Positions 1-13,190 of a stretch of DNA of 61,569 nt are shown one piece after another. The DNA is from Dimorphilus gyrociliatus. Its lineage: Eukaryota; Animalia; Annelida. The notes beneath the pieces were generated by a model, which worked only from the letters and a program-made list of their open reading frames with translations, was not told where the DNA came from and searched no databases. The stretch lies in assembly GCA_904063045.1 (NCBI GenBank), contig CAJFCJ010000064.1, positions 100,854-162,422 of the forward strand, in the 5' to 3' direction. Within the stretch, counting starts at the first letter, position 1; every line of letters starts with the position of its first letter. The position numbers and the translations under genes were made by a program.

Positions 1-3
1 TTT

Positions 4-204
4 TCAAATCAAACCTCCAGGTAAGAAACACTTTATGTTAGTGAGACTATTATAACAGCAATTGATACTTTCACAGTCAGTTGAATTAATACCATCCCAA
101 CCGCATTCAATTCTTTCATTAGAAGGATGGCTACAAACTTTTCCTTCAGAATAATAAAGTAATTGGATAAAGATGAATAAAAATAACATATAACTATTTA
201 TCAT
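4..204 (-). CDS. Secreted trefoil (P-type) domain protein, first coding exon; may splice to exons beyond the window
   Basis: Hydrophobic signal peptide (MLFLFIFIQLLYYSEG) followed by CSHPSNERIECGWDGINSTDCESINCCYNSLTNIKCF, with six Cys in trefoil spacing including RxxCG and CC. Confidence 0.85.
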   Translation of the reverse strand: MINSYMLFLFIFIQLLYYSEGKVCSHPSNERIECGWDGINSTDCESINCCYNSLTNIKCFLPGGLI

Positions 205-1679
205 TTTCTTTTTTTCTTTTAGCTTCTCAAAGTGTAACCTTAACTTTGCCTTGTATTAGTTGCTAATAGTCTTCTTTTCTTCTTATATCTCCAATGTATA
301 AATATCGACAAATATACTCAATAAGTCTTTATTGGTCAAACATTAATAAATTAATAAATAATTGAAGTAACTTCTAAATTAACATGTAAACAAATTTATA
401 GATGAATAATCAAGTCTTACTTGGAAGGAAGAAGAAGGGGAAAAAGAAGAAAAAAAAGTAAATCTACTCTTTTGTACCATCTTCATAATTTTACAATTGA
501 AAACATCCAAACATGTTCAAAAATGCCAAAAAATGAGCAAATACTTCATTCTATTGCTACTCAATACCAAATCAATATATCAATGATTTATATAGATTTT
601 ATAGATGTTAATGTGAACTCTATAGACCTTGGAAACATTACAAGAAATCGACATTTATATTTAAATATTTTTTTTTGTTTTATATAACAACAGCCGAGTC
701 AGATTCTGAGTATAAAAATTTCTCTCTCTCTATTCCTTCAGTGTCATTATATAGGTCTTGACAGATTTGATTATAATGGATAATAGTCAAACACCAGTTA
801 GCATTCATTTAATTTAGCTATACAGTTGTGATGGTGTGACCAGTTTGGCAATAATTCAGATGTCAATGTAATTTCAAGTAATTGCTAACAAATCCCCTTG
901 TTTTCTAGTGCTGCCCTCTACCAGTCAAATTATAAGATATTAAAGATTTAGAATCGGTGTTTTCAGATTATGAAAGAAATTTTTGTTCAATCAATTATTA
1001 AAATTAATTGTCCATTTAGAACTATGAGAAATAAAAATGGTTAGTTTTGTAAAAAAACAACATGATTTTTAAAAATAATCAAAGTATAAAAGAATATAAA
1101 AGAAAACTGATTTTTACTGAATTTTGATGATGATAATTGCCCAAATTTACATTCAAGACCTTAACTATTCTTTTTCAATTGCTGCAGAGGAGGTAAAATA
1201 TTTTTAAATATATTTTATTTTAGATTAAGCAACAATTAGAGGAAAACATCCACAGTTTTTTTTTATCCTAGGCCTAACATACTATGAATGTAATAAACTT
1301 AAGATTTCCCTGACATTAGTAATACCCTAACCTTTGCCCAAACTTTACTGTTCATGGATAAATACATATTCAGCTTTTCAAATAGAAAATGAACCTTAAG
1401 ACTTAGTTGATTTTTCTACCTATGAAACAGATGGAGGTTATTTTTCTAAGCAGAGAAAAGAATCAAAAAGTATTGTGTTTCTTTAACTTTGTTTATTTTT
1501 TATTCTCTTAAACTTAGCCTTGATTTATTTATGAATGTTGTAAAGAAACTTAAATCTCTAATAGTAGTTATGCTCTCAATTTCAAAATCATTTTCAGTCA
1601 AATTGATGGATGTCTATGCCAGTTTATGTACATTTTCTGTCAGTTAATGGACATATTGCGTGTTGATCCCTTTGTCAAT

Positions 1680-2513
1680 TTAGGGATATATTTTGCATAT
1701 TTCAAGAGAATCAACTTTTTCAGATAATATTATCTTTATTGTTATCTTGTGGATAGTTTCCAGTTTTTCATTACAATCAAACCAATATTTATTGATGTTG
1801 TTCAATGACTTCCCAATAGTTTTCAAAGGACAAACTTTAGAAACTTTTAAATCTTTTTCTGTAATTATATAATATACTTTGATAAATTTTTCATCTTCAT
1901 TTTGATATCTTAAAACAGCATGAGCCTCCTTATCATATTTTCTCTTAAAGATGCCATTCATGAAAACTTTCTCGATTGTATGGAAATCTTCTCTCAAGTT
2001 TATACATGTTGTTGGTTTTGAATCGTAGAGATTGACTAGATTAAGAGATAAACATTGAATCGAGGCTGGAAATTTGAACATTTGTCCTAGCAAGTCATAG
2101 ACGCCAAATAATACTTTTCCTGTGGTCTCTTTATTCTTTATTCCTACTCTAGTTATACAAAGAGGATTTGAAAGATAAAAGGAAGATAAGAGACGATTTT
2201 TTCCATACACTATCCCTCTACCAAATTCTAATCGATTGCTTTTAATTGTAATCCAAAACTCTCGCCAAACATTATGTGCTAAAAGATGATCATCAGCAAT
2301 TTTGGTGGTAATCTTATGAGCAGTTGAATCATCTATTTCAAGAATTGTGTCTCTGTCATTTCCATTCTTATGATCAATATGAATTGTGAAAAGTTCTTTA
2401 TCTTTATTCCAATAACTTATACTAATTGAATTTTCAAGACTATTTTGAGCATTTATCCCAAAGGTAAAGCCATAAAATGTTTTGTAGAGGTAAGATGGAA
2501 TGTAATAAAACAA
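1680..2513 (-). CDS. Exon with a farnesoic-acid O-methyltransferase-like (Methyltransf_FA) domain followed by a Cys-containing beta domain; 3' part of the discoidin-like gene
   Basis: 277-aa ORF; LLAHNVWREFWITIKSNRLEFGRG resembles the FWI...G.G motif of this domain (recalled, not searched). Confidence 0.55.
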   Translation of the reverse strand: MFYYIPSYLYKTFYGFTFGINAQNSLENSISISYWNKDKELFTIHIDHKNGNDRDTILEIDDSTAHKITTKIADDHLLAHNVWREFWITIKSNRLEFGRGIVYGKNRLLSSFYLSNPLCITRVGIKNKETTGKVLFGVYDLLGQMFKFPASIQCLSLNLVNLYDSKPTTCINLREDFHTIEKVFMNGIFKRKYDKEAHAVLRYQNEDEKFIKVYYIITEKDLKVSKVCPLKTIGKSLNNINKYWFDCNEKLETIHKITIKIILSEKVDSLEICKIYP

Positions 2514-2706
2514 TGTTAAGTTTCCAATTATATCAAAATTCTTTAGAGGTGTTTCTGGAAAAAAGTAGAAAATACAGACTAGCTGTCATGGAAGGACTGA
2601 CTTTTAGAAAAATTTAGGGTTAAGGTCTGATTAGTTAAAGCTATGCTAAGGGAAGGTGAGACAAGTATGAGTAGTGGTTAGCTTTGGACCTAAATAAGTA
2701 AATATT

Positions 2707-3799
2707 TCAATAATAAAGAATTAATTTATACAAACCAATTGTGTAAAGTTGAAAATAAGCAAAACCTAAGTTATAAGGGGCTTGAGAATATGTATCAATA
2801 ATTGTGGCATTTATAGATGATTCAATGGAATATCCTTCATAATCAAAACATTGTCGTAATCTTGAATTTGGAAAAATAAGCATTTGAATTAGACCAGAAC
2901 TCCATTCAATTTTAACAGTTTTCAGTATAGTGTTTTCTCCATATTCTCTATAAAAATTCAATTTAAACAGATATTTATATATTAATAAATATACTAATAT
3001 ATAACTCTAACTATTTCTATTAAATCTTTCTGTTTACCTTGGAGCAATACATAACATTTTTGGTGCAATTCCATCTTTTAAGAACAACTTGTATATAATA
3101 TTGGTACATTGTACAATAACACAAGATGTAATCCAGTCTGCTTTAAGATTTGGTGCAAAATCATAATCAAGGGCTTTAGTACAAGTACTGGGACTGTGAG
3201 AAGCTGTGCATGTTGACCCTTTATTTATACCAGCTATGTTTGTTAAATGCTTCTCTTCTTCACCTTCTAAATCTGCATTTGTATTAAGCTATTGGAGGGT
3301 TTACAAAATGATCTCAATTACCTTTATACACGTATGCCATGATACTTCCCAATCCTAACTGCCCACTACCAAAATCTTTCTGAGTGGTTGCTGTAATCCA
3401 TTGAGAGTTTTCACCAGTTGCGTTAGGTAGCAAAAAACATTTTTGAAAATTGACTTGATCAAGTTGGACTGTAAAGCTGGCACCATTGCTGAAATCCAGC
3501 TTAACTTCTTTAACTAGATGTGGGGGGCTATGTAATCTTTGATCAATACAAATTTCTGCAATATCTGATATAGATGCAAAGGTAATTCGTATATTTTGAT
3601 TGTTACAATTTGAAACACATTGAGATGCCCAATCACGGTAGTTAATCCAATGTGGTTCAAGTGCATTTGTACAAATGAATGTATAATCACGCAGATCTGC
3701 ATGAGATGATGAAGCTTGGCAAGTGGCTCCAAACTTTTGCCTGCAAACATTTACTAATTTCCCATCTGGAACATAAAAATTTTTTACAAAAAGCAACAA
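2707..3799 (-). pseudogene. Multi-exon gene with two discoidin/galactose-binding-like domains; frameshift in domain 2
   Basis: Domain 1: NVCRQKFGATCQASS...CTNALE...WASQC...IRITF...IDQR...KLDFSNG. Domain 2: NIA[GG]YNKGSTCTASHSPSTCTKALD...ADWITSC aligns to domain 1 only with a 1-nt deletion at ~3230. Confidence 0.65.
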
Positions 3800-4615
3800 T
3801 TAATCATTATATCAACCTGCAAGAAAAGATGAGCCATACATGAAAAGAGATGAGAAAAGAAACAGCAGAAGAAACATATCACTTCTGTTCTATCAGCAAA
3901 AGAATCTTTAAATGGTAGAGTTGATTGATTTTAGGCAGAGAATATTTGTTATATCCCTTTGAATTATTTAACGATGTTACAAAAACAAAAATTTTTTCAC
4001 TTAAAAATTAATACAATTGTTAAAAGTCATTGAAAGCAGATCAATATATTGAGACTAAGTCTTAAGTTTTTTTTCAACATTCTATTCTTTGTTAAACATC
4101 ATGGGAAAAACACATAAAATCTTAAATTTTAAAATTTTTATACCTTTTTAGGTATGGAATACTTAATACTTCTAAAATTGAAAAACAAAGTAGTATAGCC
4201 CGCAATTAACATGAAAAAAGCATTTTAAGGAGCCTAAATGTATGATGCTTGAAATGGATTTAGTTTTATTCATAACTAATAGTTTTTTTTATTATATAAT
4301 TGTGTAAAAAGAAAAAGAAAAGGATAAGAAATGAAATATTTATATACAAAAATTCAATTGATACCAGTTTTCTTTTGACTTGTGCAGTTTACAGTGTTAT
4401 TGACTTTAGGTTTTTATACAAAATTTTAGGCCTACTTTGTGGCAGGGAAAATGGAAGTGATTAAAAATGGATAAAAGCAATGGACATATGCTTTTTTGCA
4501 GCTCTCTCTCAAACAAATCATATGTTTAATTGATATTTTAAACTAGAATATTGCTTTATCATGGATTAAACCATTAACTACGCAAAAGTTTAACTGTTGC
4601 TTATATGAATTCAAA

Positions 4616-4836
4616 GGATGCTACAGAAAATGGCCCCAAAAGCTTGGTTTTACCCAAAGCCTAAACCTAAACCATCCCTTATGTATCCCTAACCTTTTTG
4701 ATTACCCCTAACCCTTATATGGGAGCCCCCCCTCCCCTTAACTACAAATCAATAAATGCTTTTTTCCTCCTAACCATTTCTCAACCCAAAATACTGCCTT
4801 TAAATGTCCTACTTGGGGCTGTTTTCTATTGCTCCC
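4616..4836. mobile_element. MITE family A (Mutator-type), copy 1
   Basis: Imperfect TIRs GGATGCTACAGAAAATGGCCCC / GGGGCTGTTTTCTATTGCTCCC; flanks GAATTCAAA and AAATTCAAA (9-bp TSD, 8/9); internal CCTAA units. Confidence 0.8.
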
Positions 4837-5489
4837 AAATTCAAAAGGAATGTGAGCCCTATACATAAATATACTAAAAAATATTTTTCAGATACCAAGC
4901 CTAGGCTGCAAATTGCAAATAATTCGATATTTTCGAAGAGGTTTATTGAAAAGATTATTGTTTCAACAAATATTTGGGTGCTGTTGGAAACGCCCACAAT
5001 CCTGGGCTTTTTCTTGATTATTCCTAACACTTAGTTTAGACACATACCTTATTACAAGTTAATTGTTTTATATCTGATTCCAACCCTACTTTAAACTCAA
5101 AATATCCCCAAAATGAGTCTTTTCTACATTTATCATTTATGTTCTTTATTGATTGGCCTCTTTTCCAGAATTAGATAAGCAGAAATGGGGTTTTTACACA
5201 AATTGTATGGGAATGTTTAAAATTTTTTTGACATTGCAACCCATAAATCAACTATTTCTATTGTCTCTTTTCATTTAAAATTGATCTAATGATTTATTTC
5301 TTTAACGAAACGATTAATTAATTAGTTTGGAAATGTCAAAATGTGAAAAACAAGACAAAATGATAAAGAAAATGAGAAAAATTCTCATTCAAACCTTATT
5401 CATTATTTTCATTTGGTTTGGTGTGTATTTAAAAAAATAATAAAAAATATTTTTCATTCTAAATAATCTTTTTGTTTTAATTTTTTTAG

Positions 5490-7604
5490 AGATAATTATT
5501 CAAGTAAGTTTGTTGAATTTAGCAAGAGGAAAGTTATCTTTTCAAAGTTCTACTAGTGGAAGTATAAATACTCATAGTGCACCTCAGTATGCTAATGATG
5601 ATAATGTTGATATTTCTCTTACAAATGCAAGTATTCAAATCAAATATTATGAATTATTTTTATCAATATTTGATTGACAGCATGAGCACTGTTCAAGTAC
5701 TGACAGTGATATTGCAGATTTCTCTTGGTGGTCGGTTGATCTTGAACAAGAATACGATATCACTAAAGTATGCCTTTTGAATGTCAATGATAATGTCTGT
5801 TAGTAAAAAAAAACCAATTTGAATAAAAATCCAAAGTTTTTTAAATTCAAAAATTCTTAAAAATTAACTTTAGATAATAATTTAAAAGAATTCAATATTT
5901 TTGTTGGCAACTATCCAAATGATGAAAAGATTGTATGCAGATATGTGGACGAAACAGTACAAAGACCAAATTCAAATCTTGTTTCTCAATACAATTGTTA
6001 CACATGTGTCACTAAGGCAATTGGTTCATTTGTGACAATAAAATTAACCACAATTAATATAAAGTTAATATTATGTGATGTAGATGTTAAAGGAATGTTG
6101 ATTGATGATAAAAGAGGTAACATATTTTTTTAAATATTTTCAATTGAATATTTAAAAAAAAAAAAAATAAACAAAAAGGTTTTGAATTATTAAATTTGAA
6201 CAAATTGATTACAATGACTGGTGGACAGCACAAAAGTTGGTCTAAAGAGAAAGGATATGATAATAGTTACAAAACACTTTTTCATTCAAGAAGTTATTTT
6301 TCAACACCATACTTTTTAATTGATGCTGTTCAAACATTGAATGTACATAGAATTATTATTGTTTCATTATACAATGATGGTTTGTTGGTTTTTTGAAATT
6401 TGACACTTGTGTTCTAGTTTTATCATTTCTTCTTCGTTATTTTTAGATTATCATAAAAGATTTGAAAAAACTTACATTTCAATTAAAGGAATACCTGCAA
6501 CAGATTTGAATTTTAATAGTAGATTTTGTGTTGAAAATCTTTCTGGCCACTTTAGAACAACTTATGAATTATTCAACATTGAATGTAATCCTATTCTAAC
6601 TGGAAGATATATAATTATCAATCAGAATGTTGGCACCAAAGAAAATAGATTTTTAGAATTTATGGAAATGTATATATATATTTCAAATATTGATGAAAAC
6701 CACCCAAAAGGTTTGTCTGATAGCAAAGAAAGTAACATTTTTGAAATTTGTTTATTTGTTTCTTTTAAAAGAATTTGGACATGTTTCTAAACCATCTATC
6801 ATTGATGCAAAATTAAATAGTGTTGCTTTATCAAGTAATCAATTGACACTTTTACAAGATAACATCTACTATATTAATGATAATACTGGGAAAATAGATT
6901 TGGTGACCAATGATAATCTGCTCCTAACTACAAAACTAACTCATCTCAATCAGATTTGCTTAACAGGTCTTTTTTTATTTTTAGTTATATTTTGAAATAT
7001 TTTAAAATTTAAATTCTATTCTTCACAAATAGTTTTTCATGCTTCAAGTTTCACACCAGGAATTGAAATAAAAATTAGAAATTTTTTAAATAATGAAATA
7101 ATTGAAAGAGAAACAAATGGAAATTTTAAACATTCCCATACAATTTGTGTAAAAACCCCATTTCTGTTGACAAAGGACATAGAAATTCTATCCAAAAATA
7201 ACCAAGGATTAGCAGAAGTTGATCTTATTGCACTTTCTGGTTTAACTCAGAAATGTTGGCAGAAAAATATTGTTTTGTTTATTTGTCTTATCTATCTTTT
7301 ATTGCTTACAGATTCACCTAAATGCCTTCAAAGAAATGATGAATGGGCATTTCCAAATTCTTCACTACCAGTTAATAATGAACAATACTTACATTTTCTT
7401 TTGAAAGTTGCTAATGAAAATGAAGAAATTACAATTTATGGATCAACAACTACTGTAAATACAACTTGTAAAAAAATAGAAATTCAAGATAAAGATTGGA
7501 AATTAAGAAATTATCAATTATTTTTTTGTAAAAAATCTAATGATGATATTGTAATTACTTCTTACCAATTATGGAAAACTTTGACCTATTTACATGTATT
7601 TTAA
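5490..7604 (+). CDS. Multi-exon protein with tandem F-type lectin (FTP/fucolectin-like) or discoidin domains; exon structure partly inferred, integrity uncertain
   Basis: LNLARGKLSFQSST...ANDDN / HEHCSSTD...WWSVDLEQEYDITKVCLLN / CVTKAIGSFVTIKL...LCDVDV; second domain CNPILTGRYIIINQN...LEFMEMYIY; short GT-AG introns. Confidence 0.75.
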
Positions 7605-8194
7605 AACAATAATATTATTACTATGCTACTGTATTAGATAAGAGAATGATAACCCTGATTTTTTGTCTAACCAATCATGAAGAGATTTAGGCCTAAATAA
7701 TTCCTGCAATCTTTAAATTGATATTTTCTCAAATAAACAAACAATATAACAATTTGATATCATAGTTGAATACATAATCTCGCTTTTCTCATCATTCAAA
7801 TAGACCCATCTCTCTAAAAAAAATATTACCACTGACATTAAACTTTTAATTAAATTTTTCAACTTAAATATTAATTAACACAACTAAAAATAGTGGCAAA
7901 AACAAGCTTTCTTATGAAAAGGGTTTGGTAAGATGATCTATGATATAGAGATCACGTGATATAAAGGAAAGAGAAAAAGACAGATAGGGTAAAATCAATC
8001 AATGATATGATATTAATAATTATCTTCTTCAATGTGACTGCTTTATTTAAAATAGATTGTGTCAATAATTCAATAAAAGTCTAAAATAACTTTAATCAGG
8101 CCTATGGAAGAAAATTTTACAAAAGAAATTTCACAATGAATCATGAACTATTCAACAATTAGATTTGAATTAAAAATTGGTTTAAAATTATTAG

Positions 8195-8338
8195 GTTAGG
8201 CAGAAGAAAACAGCAAGTGATTTATACTTAGGAGGGTCTCCTCTAAGGGTAGGGCTAATGGAAAAGGTTAGGTACAGCTAAGGGCTGGGTTACGGTTAGG
8301 GTAAAAGCACTCATTTGTGGACGTTTTCTGTCGCATCC
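8195..8338. mobile_element. MITE family A, partial copy 2 (one TIR)
   Basis: Near reverse complement of the 35956-36162 copy, ending GTGGACGTTTTCTGTCGCATCC; other end lost. Confidence 0.8.
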
Positions 8339-9519
8339 CTATTCAATTGTCTAAAATACGAAATTACAGTTAGAAAAAGATACGATGGTTGTGTATTGAT
8401 CATCTGTTTCCCCATACACGGAATATTGGATGATTTACCTTAATATACAACTGTTCAAGCTACTTCTATCAAAGAAGAAAGACAAAGCTTCAAAAAGGAA
8501 ATTACATATCTTTGATTGATGAACTGAAGATAGATACAAAGTTATCTATAGTCTATGTATTCTTTCTTTTATTATCAAATAGTTCATATTTTCTTAATCT
8601 AGGCCTAAACATTTTACAAATTTCCAAAACAAATAGTGTTGCTTTAGTAATAACAAGTTTTATTTGATGCTTTTACATACAAAAAATATTTTTCTTTATA
8701 TTTGCTAGTCAAGAATTTAGCTTTTAAATGACACATCTTTTCTGGAATATGGTAATCTATAGCTCTGGAAATAATCAATAGTAGAAAATTTTTGTCATGT
8801 TAGTAATTTTAGTAATACCTGCAACTGCTGTATAGGCTACAAACATATAAACAGTAATCAATTGACACTTTCCTAAAATCAGAATTCCATTTTGGATATT
8901 GAAAATGAAAATTTTCTGCTACAACTCTATCCAAATACATTTTATAATAATTTTCTCTTTCTGTTTGTTTAAATAGTAAGAAAAAATAAATGTTTTAAAT
9001 ATGAAAATAACATATTAAAATACAAAACCAGAATTTTCTGTTGAGAAGGAAATAAAGTTGAAATAAAATAGAATTATTATCAATTTTTTGAGGTTGAACA
9101 TTGTTCTCTCTTCAACAAGTCAGATTTAAAAGAGAAACTGACTTTAGAAAATATTGATATTCTTTATGGAATTGTGATAATTTAGAACAAAATTACTAAT
9201 AATTTAATGTTTATTGATTAAAAAAAACAATTGAAAAAGATAATAGGTTTATAATAGCGTTTTTTGGTAATAAACAAAATTATACCAATTATCTTACATA
9301 TGATGATTATTGGATAATCTCTTAACCCTACTTGAATTTCTATATTCTTCTTTAAAAATTTATGATATAATTTCTTGTCAATGAAAAAAAGGTGACATGA
9401 CCAAAAGTTTTTGTTGCTCATACTGAAAATATAATTATACCATCACTTTTCAAATTTAAAATATTCAAATTTAAACAAGGAATTGTGGTAGATGATAAAA
9501 TTATAAATTTATCTTAAAA

Positions 9520-10000
9520 ATTACAAACAATGAATGATAATAAAATTATTTTAGAAATTTTACAAACAAATCCAGATTTAACAACTGTTGGTTTATCAAA
9601 TAATTTTCATTTGAATCATGAAACATTTGATGATATTTCTTGTCTTCTCTGAAATTTTTATCATTTAACAATTGCAATTTGGAAAATATAAAATGTAGTT
9701 ATATTCAAAGTTTATTGGCAGTCTATTCAAATCTGGTTGTCCTTGAAATGAATAATAATCCAAATTTAAATATCGGATTCAATTATTTAATAACTGGGTT
9801 GAAAAATCTTTAAAGACATTAAAATCCATTTCTTTTCAGAATTGTAATTTGGATAGTACTCATGCTGAACAATTGGAAAATTATTTGAAATCTTTAGAAA
9901 TTTCTGTCCTTGACCTTGGTCAAAATATAAAAATGATATAAGAATTAAGTTATTTAATCCAAAGCATTAAAAACTCTTGCAAAAGTTTACTTATACTATA
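9520..10000 (+). pseudogene. Decayed RNI-like (NLR-type) leucine-rich repeat gene
   Basis: Manual translation EILQTNPDLTTVGLSNN... and KSLKTLKSISFQNCNLDSTHAEQLENYLKSLEISVLDLGQNIKMI*ELSYLIQSIKNSCKSL; same repeat type as 27423-28286; in-frame stops. Confidence 0.7.
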
Positions 10001-10380
10001 TAATAGTATAAAATCTTGTAGGAACATTACGCAATGTTTAATTAATTCAAATTTAATTATTTTTAAATAATTTATAAATGTTAGAATTAAAATTATTGAT
10101 AAAAATTTATAAATTATTAGAATTTATAGGAAAACTATTGTTATCAATGGTAGTAGTGGAAAAGAACAAAAAGTGATGATTCTCTTATTCCAAACACAGT
10201 TTTTCCTCTTTCTTGAATTTAACATTTTCAATAAACAGCATAAAACATTATCATCCACCATTAAAGTGCTTAATTTTTGTAAATTTTCCATACCAAGCAT
10301 TTGAATATCATTTATTTGTTGAAAATATTATATTCAAATATTCAAAAGATATGAGATTTTTGAATAAATCACTTCCAGTT

Positions 10381-10587
10381 GGGGCCGACAGAAAACGTCC
10401 CCAAATGAGATTTTTGAAAGCAACATTTCGGATTGAAAAATGGTTAGGAGGGGTAAAGTAGCTTTTGATTTATAGTTAGGGGGGTTCCATCTAAGGGTTA
10501 GGAGCAATCAAAAAGGTTAAGGAGAGACAAGGGCTAGGTTAGGGTTAGGGTTAAATCATGAATTTGGGGACGTTTTCTGTCATATCC
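10381..10587. mobile_element. MITE family A, copy 3 (207 bp)
   Basis: 20-bp perfect subterminal inverted repeat GACAGAAAACGTCCCCAAAT; termini GGGGCC / GGATAT; nearly identical to the inverted copy at 45693-45899; no TSD match. Confidence 0.9.
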
Positions 10588-11129
10588 GTTTCAAAATTAT
10601 TTAAAATTCTCCATTAGAATATCCAAATTCTTTGCAAAAACACTTTTCAGAAAATATGTAAACAAATGCATTTGATTGGTTAATTAGATTTTTGTTTGAG
10701 TAGCCATTCCTAATCTGTCTTTCCAACTTTCACTAGTTCAAATTTTCGAAAAGAGAATTGCAGTTGTTGACTTTTTACTTTTGAATTACAATTCTTCAAG
10801 CTTTTTTCTTTCAGCAAATTCATTATTGAGTTTATTCCACTGATTTGCATACAGCATGAAGAAGGTTGGGAAAAGCCAAAGTCATTTCATGAATTTTCAT
10901 TCTTCTTTCTTTTTAAATGATTGCTTGTTCAGGAGGTTGCTACTCTCTTTGTAAACGAGCCAATAACCTTCCTTCCCTCCATTCCCCATGTTGACAACAA
11001 TATTGCTAAAATTATGCAGATTTCAAATCAAAATAAAAAGTAACAATTTAACCTTCACCCTGTCCAAGCATCATGACCACCAAATGGTAAAAAAGTGACA
11101 GGCATCTCTGGGGCCAGCAGATGGATTAC

Positions 11130-11245
11130 AGGTTACATTTGAACTAGTACTTTGGCAAATTAGCAAATGATTGGAAAAAATGATTACTACTGGGAAGAGC
11201 CAGAAATTCCTACAATTACAATACAACAAGACACATACCACAAAT
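11130..11245 (-). repeat. Dispersed repeat module G, copy
   Basis: Homologous to 13440-13570 and 52880-52990 (AGTACTTTGGCAA...AATGATTGGAAA...GAAATTCCTACAATTACAATACAACAA). Confidence 0.8.
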
Positions 11246-12794
11246 TTTTTTTTCTCTCTTTTAATGTTCACCAATTTCACAGATGTTTAAATGTTTCAAT
11301 AAATTTCCAATTTCTTCACTTTGTTTATTATCAATTTTTTCTATTTTAGAACAAAGTTTATAAAAAATCTCCAATTTCTCTACTTTCTTTCATCATTAAA
11401 GTAAGTTGTTAAGAGACTCAGAAAGCTCATTTAATTGTAAAGAAAAATTTTCCAATGTTCTGCCTGGGTAAAATGGAATACGTGATTGTGTGTAAATTTT
11501 TATAGGATATGATTTCACTTAGATACAGTTTCACACCAATTCTATATATATAAAGGCTATTGACTGTTGACTTAAATATTAAGCCTATATTCAAATTTCA
11601 ATATACAATGTATTGATTGAACAGCATGAATATGAGTATCACTTTTTTTTAATATTTATCATAACAGCTGTTGCAGCAAGATAAAAATAACCAGTTTCCA
11701 TTGAAATTATATATTAATATTTTTTTTTGCAGTAGTGATTTGTGTAGTGATGAACCACTCAGCAAGATTTAAAACTCAACAATATAAATCACAAAGCTTA
11801 TAAATTATACTTGCAACAGAAATTATAATTAATATTATTGGAAGTATAATTAACAATTTTTTATTTTTTTTTGTTGGGTTTCTTTGACAACATCCCGTTT
11901 TTGTTGTATTTTCTGTATCATTTGTTGCTGTCATCTGCAAATTAGGTTGGTATATATAATTTTGATGATATTGCTGATGATTTTGATCTGACAAATTCAT
12001 TTGGAAATATATATATATATATATAATATTTTAAATTTTGTAGAGACCTCTAAAACAAAAACCTTTGTGAAAAATATAATCTTTTTCTGCTTTTTACTCT
12101 ATTTTTGATCTGAAATGAAATTAAATTGAAATTCAGCCTACTTGAACAATTTTTCCAGTTGTAAAGAAAGATTTTATACTTCAGCAACGTCATACGAGAA
12201 AACTATAGTTAATTGTATAAATATTTGTTTCAGTACTAAACACAGAGAAATAGAAAGAGAAATTAAAAAACAATTTTTAATGTTACCTTTAACAATATTT
12301 CAGGTTTAATGGTGTTATAGCAGAGAGTTCTATTTACTAACTATGTTAGGCCTAGCAAAAGATTGATTCGAGTTTAAAGAAATAAAGTTATTTGGGTTTA
12401 ATTCTCAATTAGTTTTTTCAATGTTCAAGTTGAGTATTTGCATTGAATATATTCAGTGAATAATACAGATTATATTAGTAAGTAAGCAGAGCAGAGCAAT
12501 AACCTAAAACTTTTAGGTTATGTATAATTTTGTTTGGTTATCACGATAAAAGATTGAATACTCCTCTGTTCATTGTTGTGAATGTTGGCATAAAAAAATT
12601 GTTACATTCTTCAAGAAAGAGTTAAGAAATTATTGCTATCTGAATATCCATTAGATTATATATTAGGATCATTCTGAAAGTTTTACCCATTTCCCTGTAA
12701 TTTTAAAATGGTACATTTTAGGCCTATGTTATCATTATTAATAGAAAGTGAATTCATTAATGGACTATCACTAAAAAACTTTCACAATTTGTGA

Positions 12795-13190
12795 TCCCTG
12801 AATGAAAAGTTATTGAGACTTCAGTGGTGGCACAGTATGGATGATTGTATAAAGCAGAGAGTATTTTTCAATCTCTTGCATCACAGCAAGTTATTGCAAT
12901 TGATATTCACAGGAAAACTGAAAGCTTTTTTAGGAAACATGGGTATTCTATTGTGAACCATTGACTAAAAGAGCTTCTTAAGAGTATCATTAAAAGTTTT
13001 CTCCATCATCAAAAAAGGCTAAGACAGGTAAGTGTGCAGACAAACTGATGGCATGGATGTTTTGGGACAGGGAAGGTCTTATTCACCTAGAATTTTTAAA
13101 TTTGCAAGTCAGAATAAATTCAGAGATTTACATCAGCATTTTAAAGAGATTAAAACAAAGAATAAATAGAATCAGTCATGGTAAAGCAGA
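12795..13190 (+). mobile_element. Decayed mariner relic
   Basis: MAWMFWDREGLIHLEFL...INSEIYISILKRLKQRINRISHGK aligns to the intact transposase (MCSVFWDYSGLVHIEF...VNSIQYVETLKRLRKRLHRIRPGK); GAATGAAAAGTT at 12800 matches the mariner TIR core. Confidence 0.8.
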
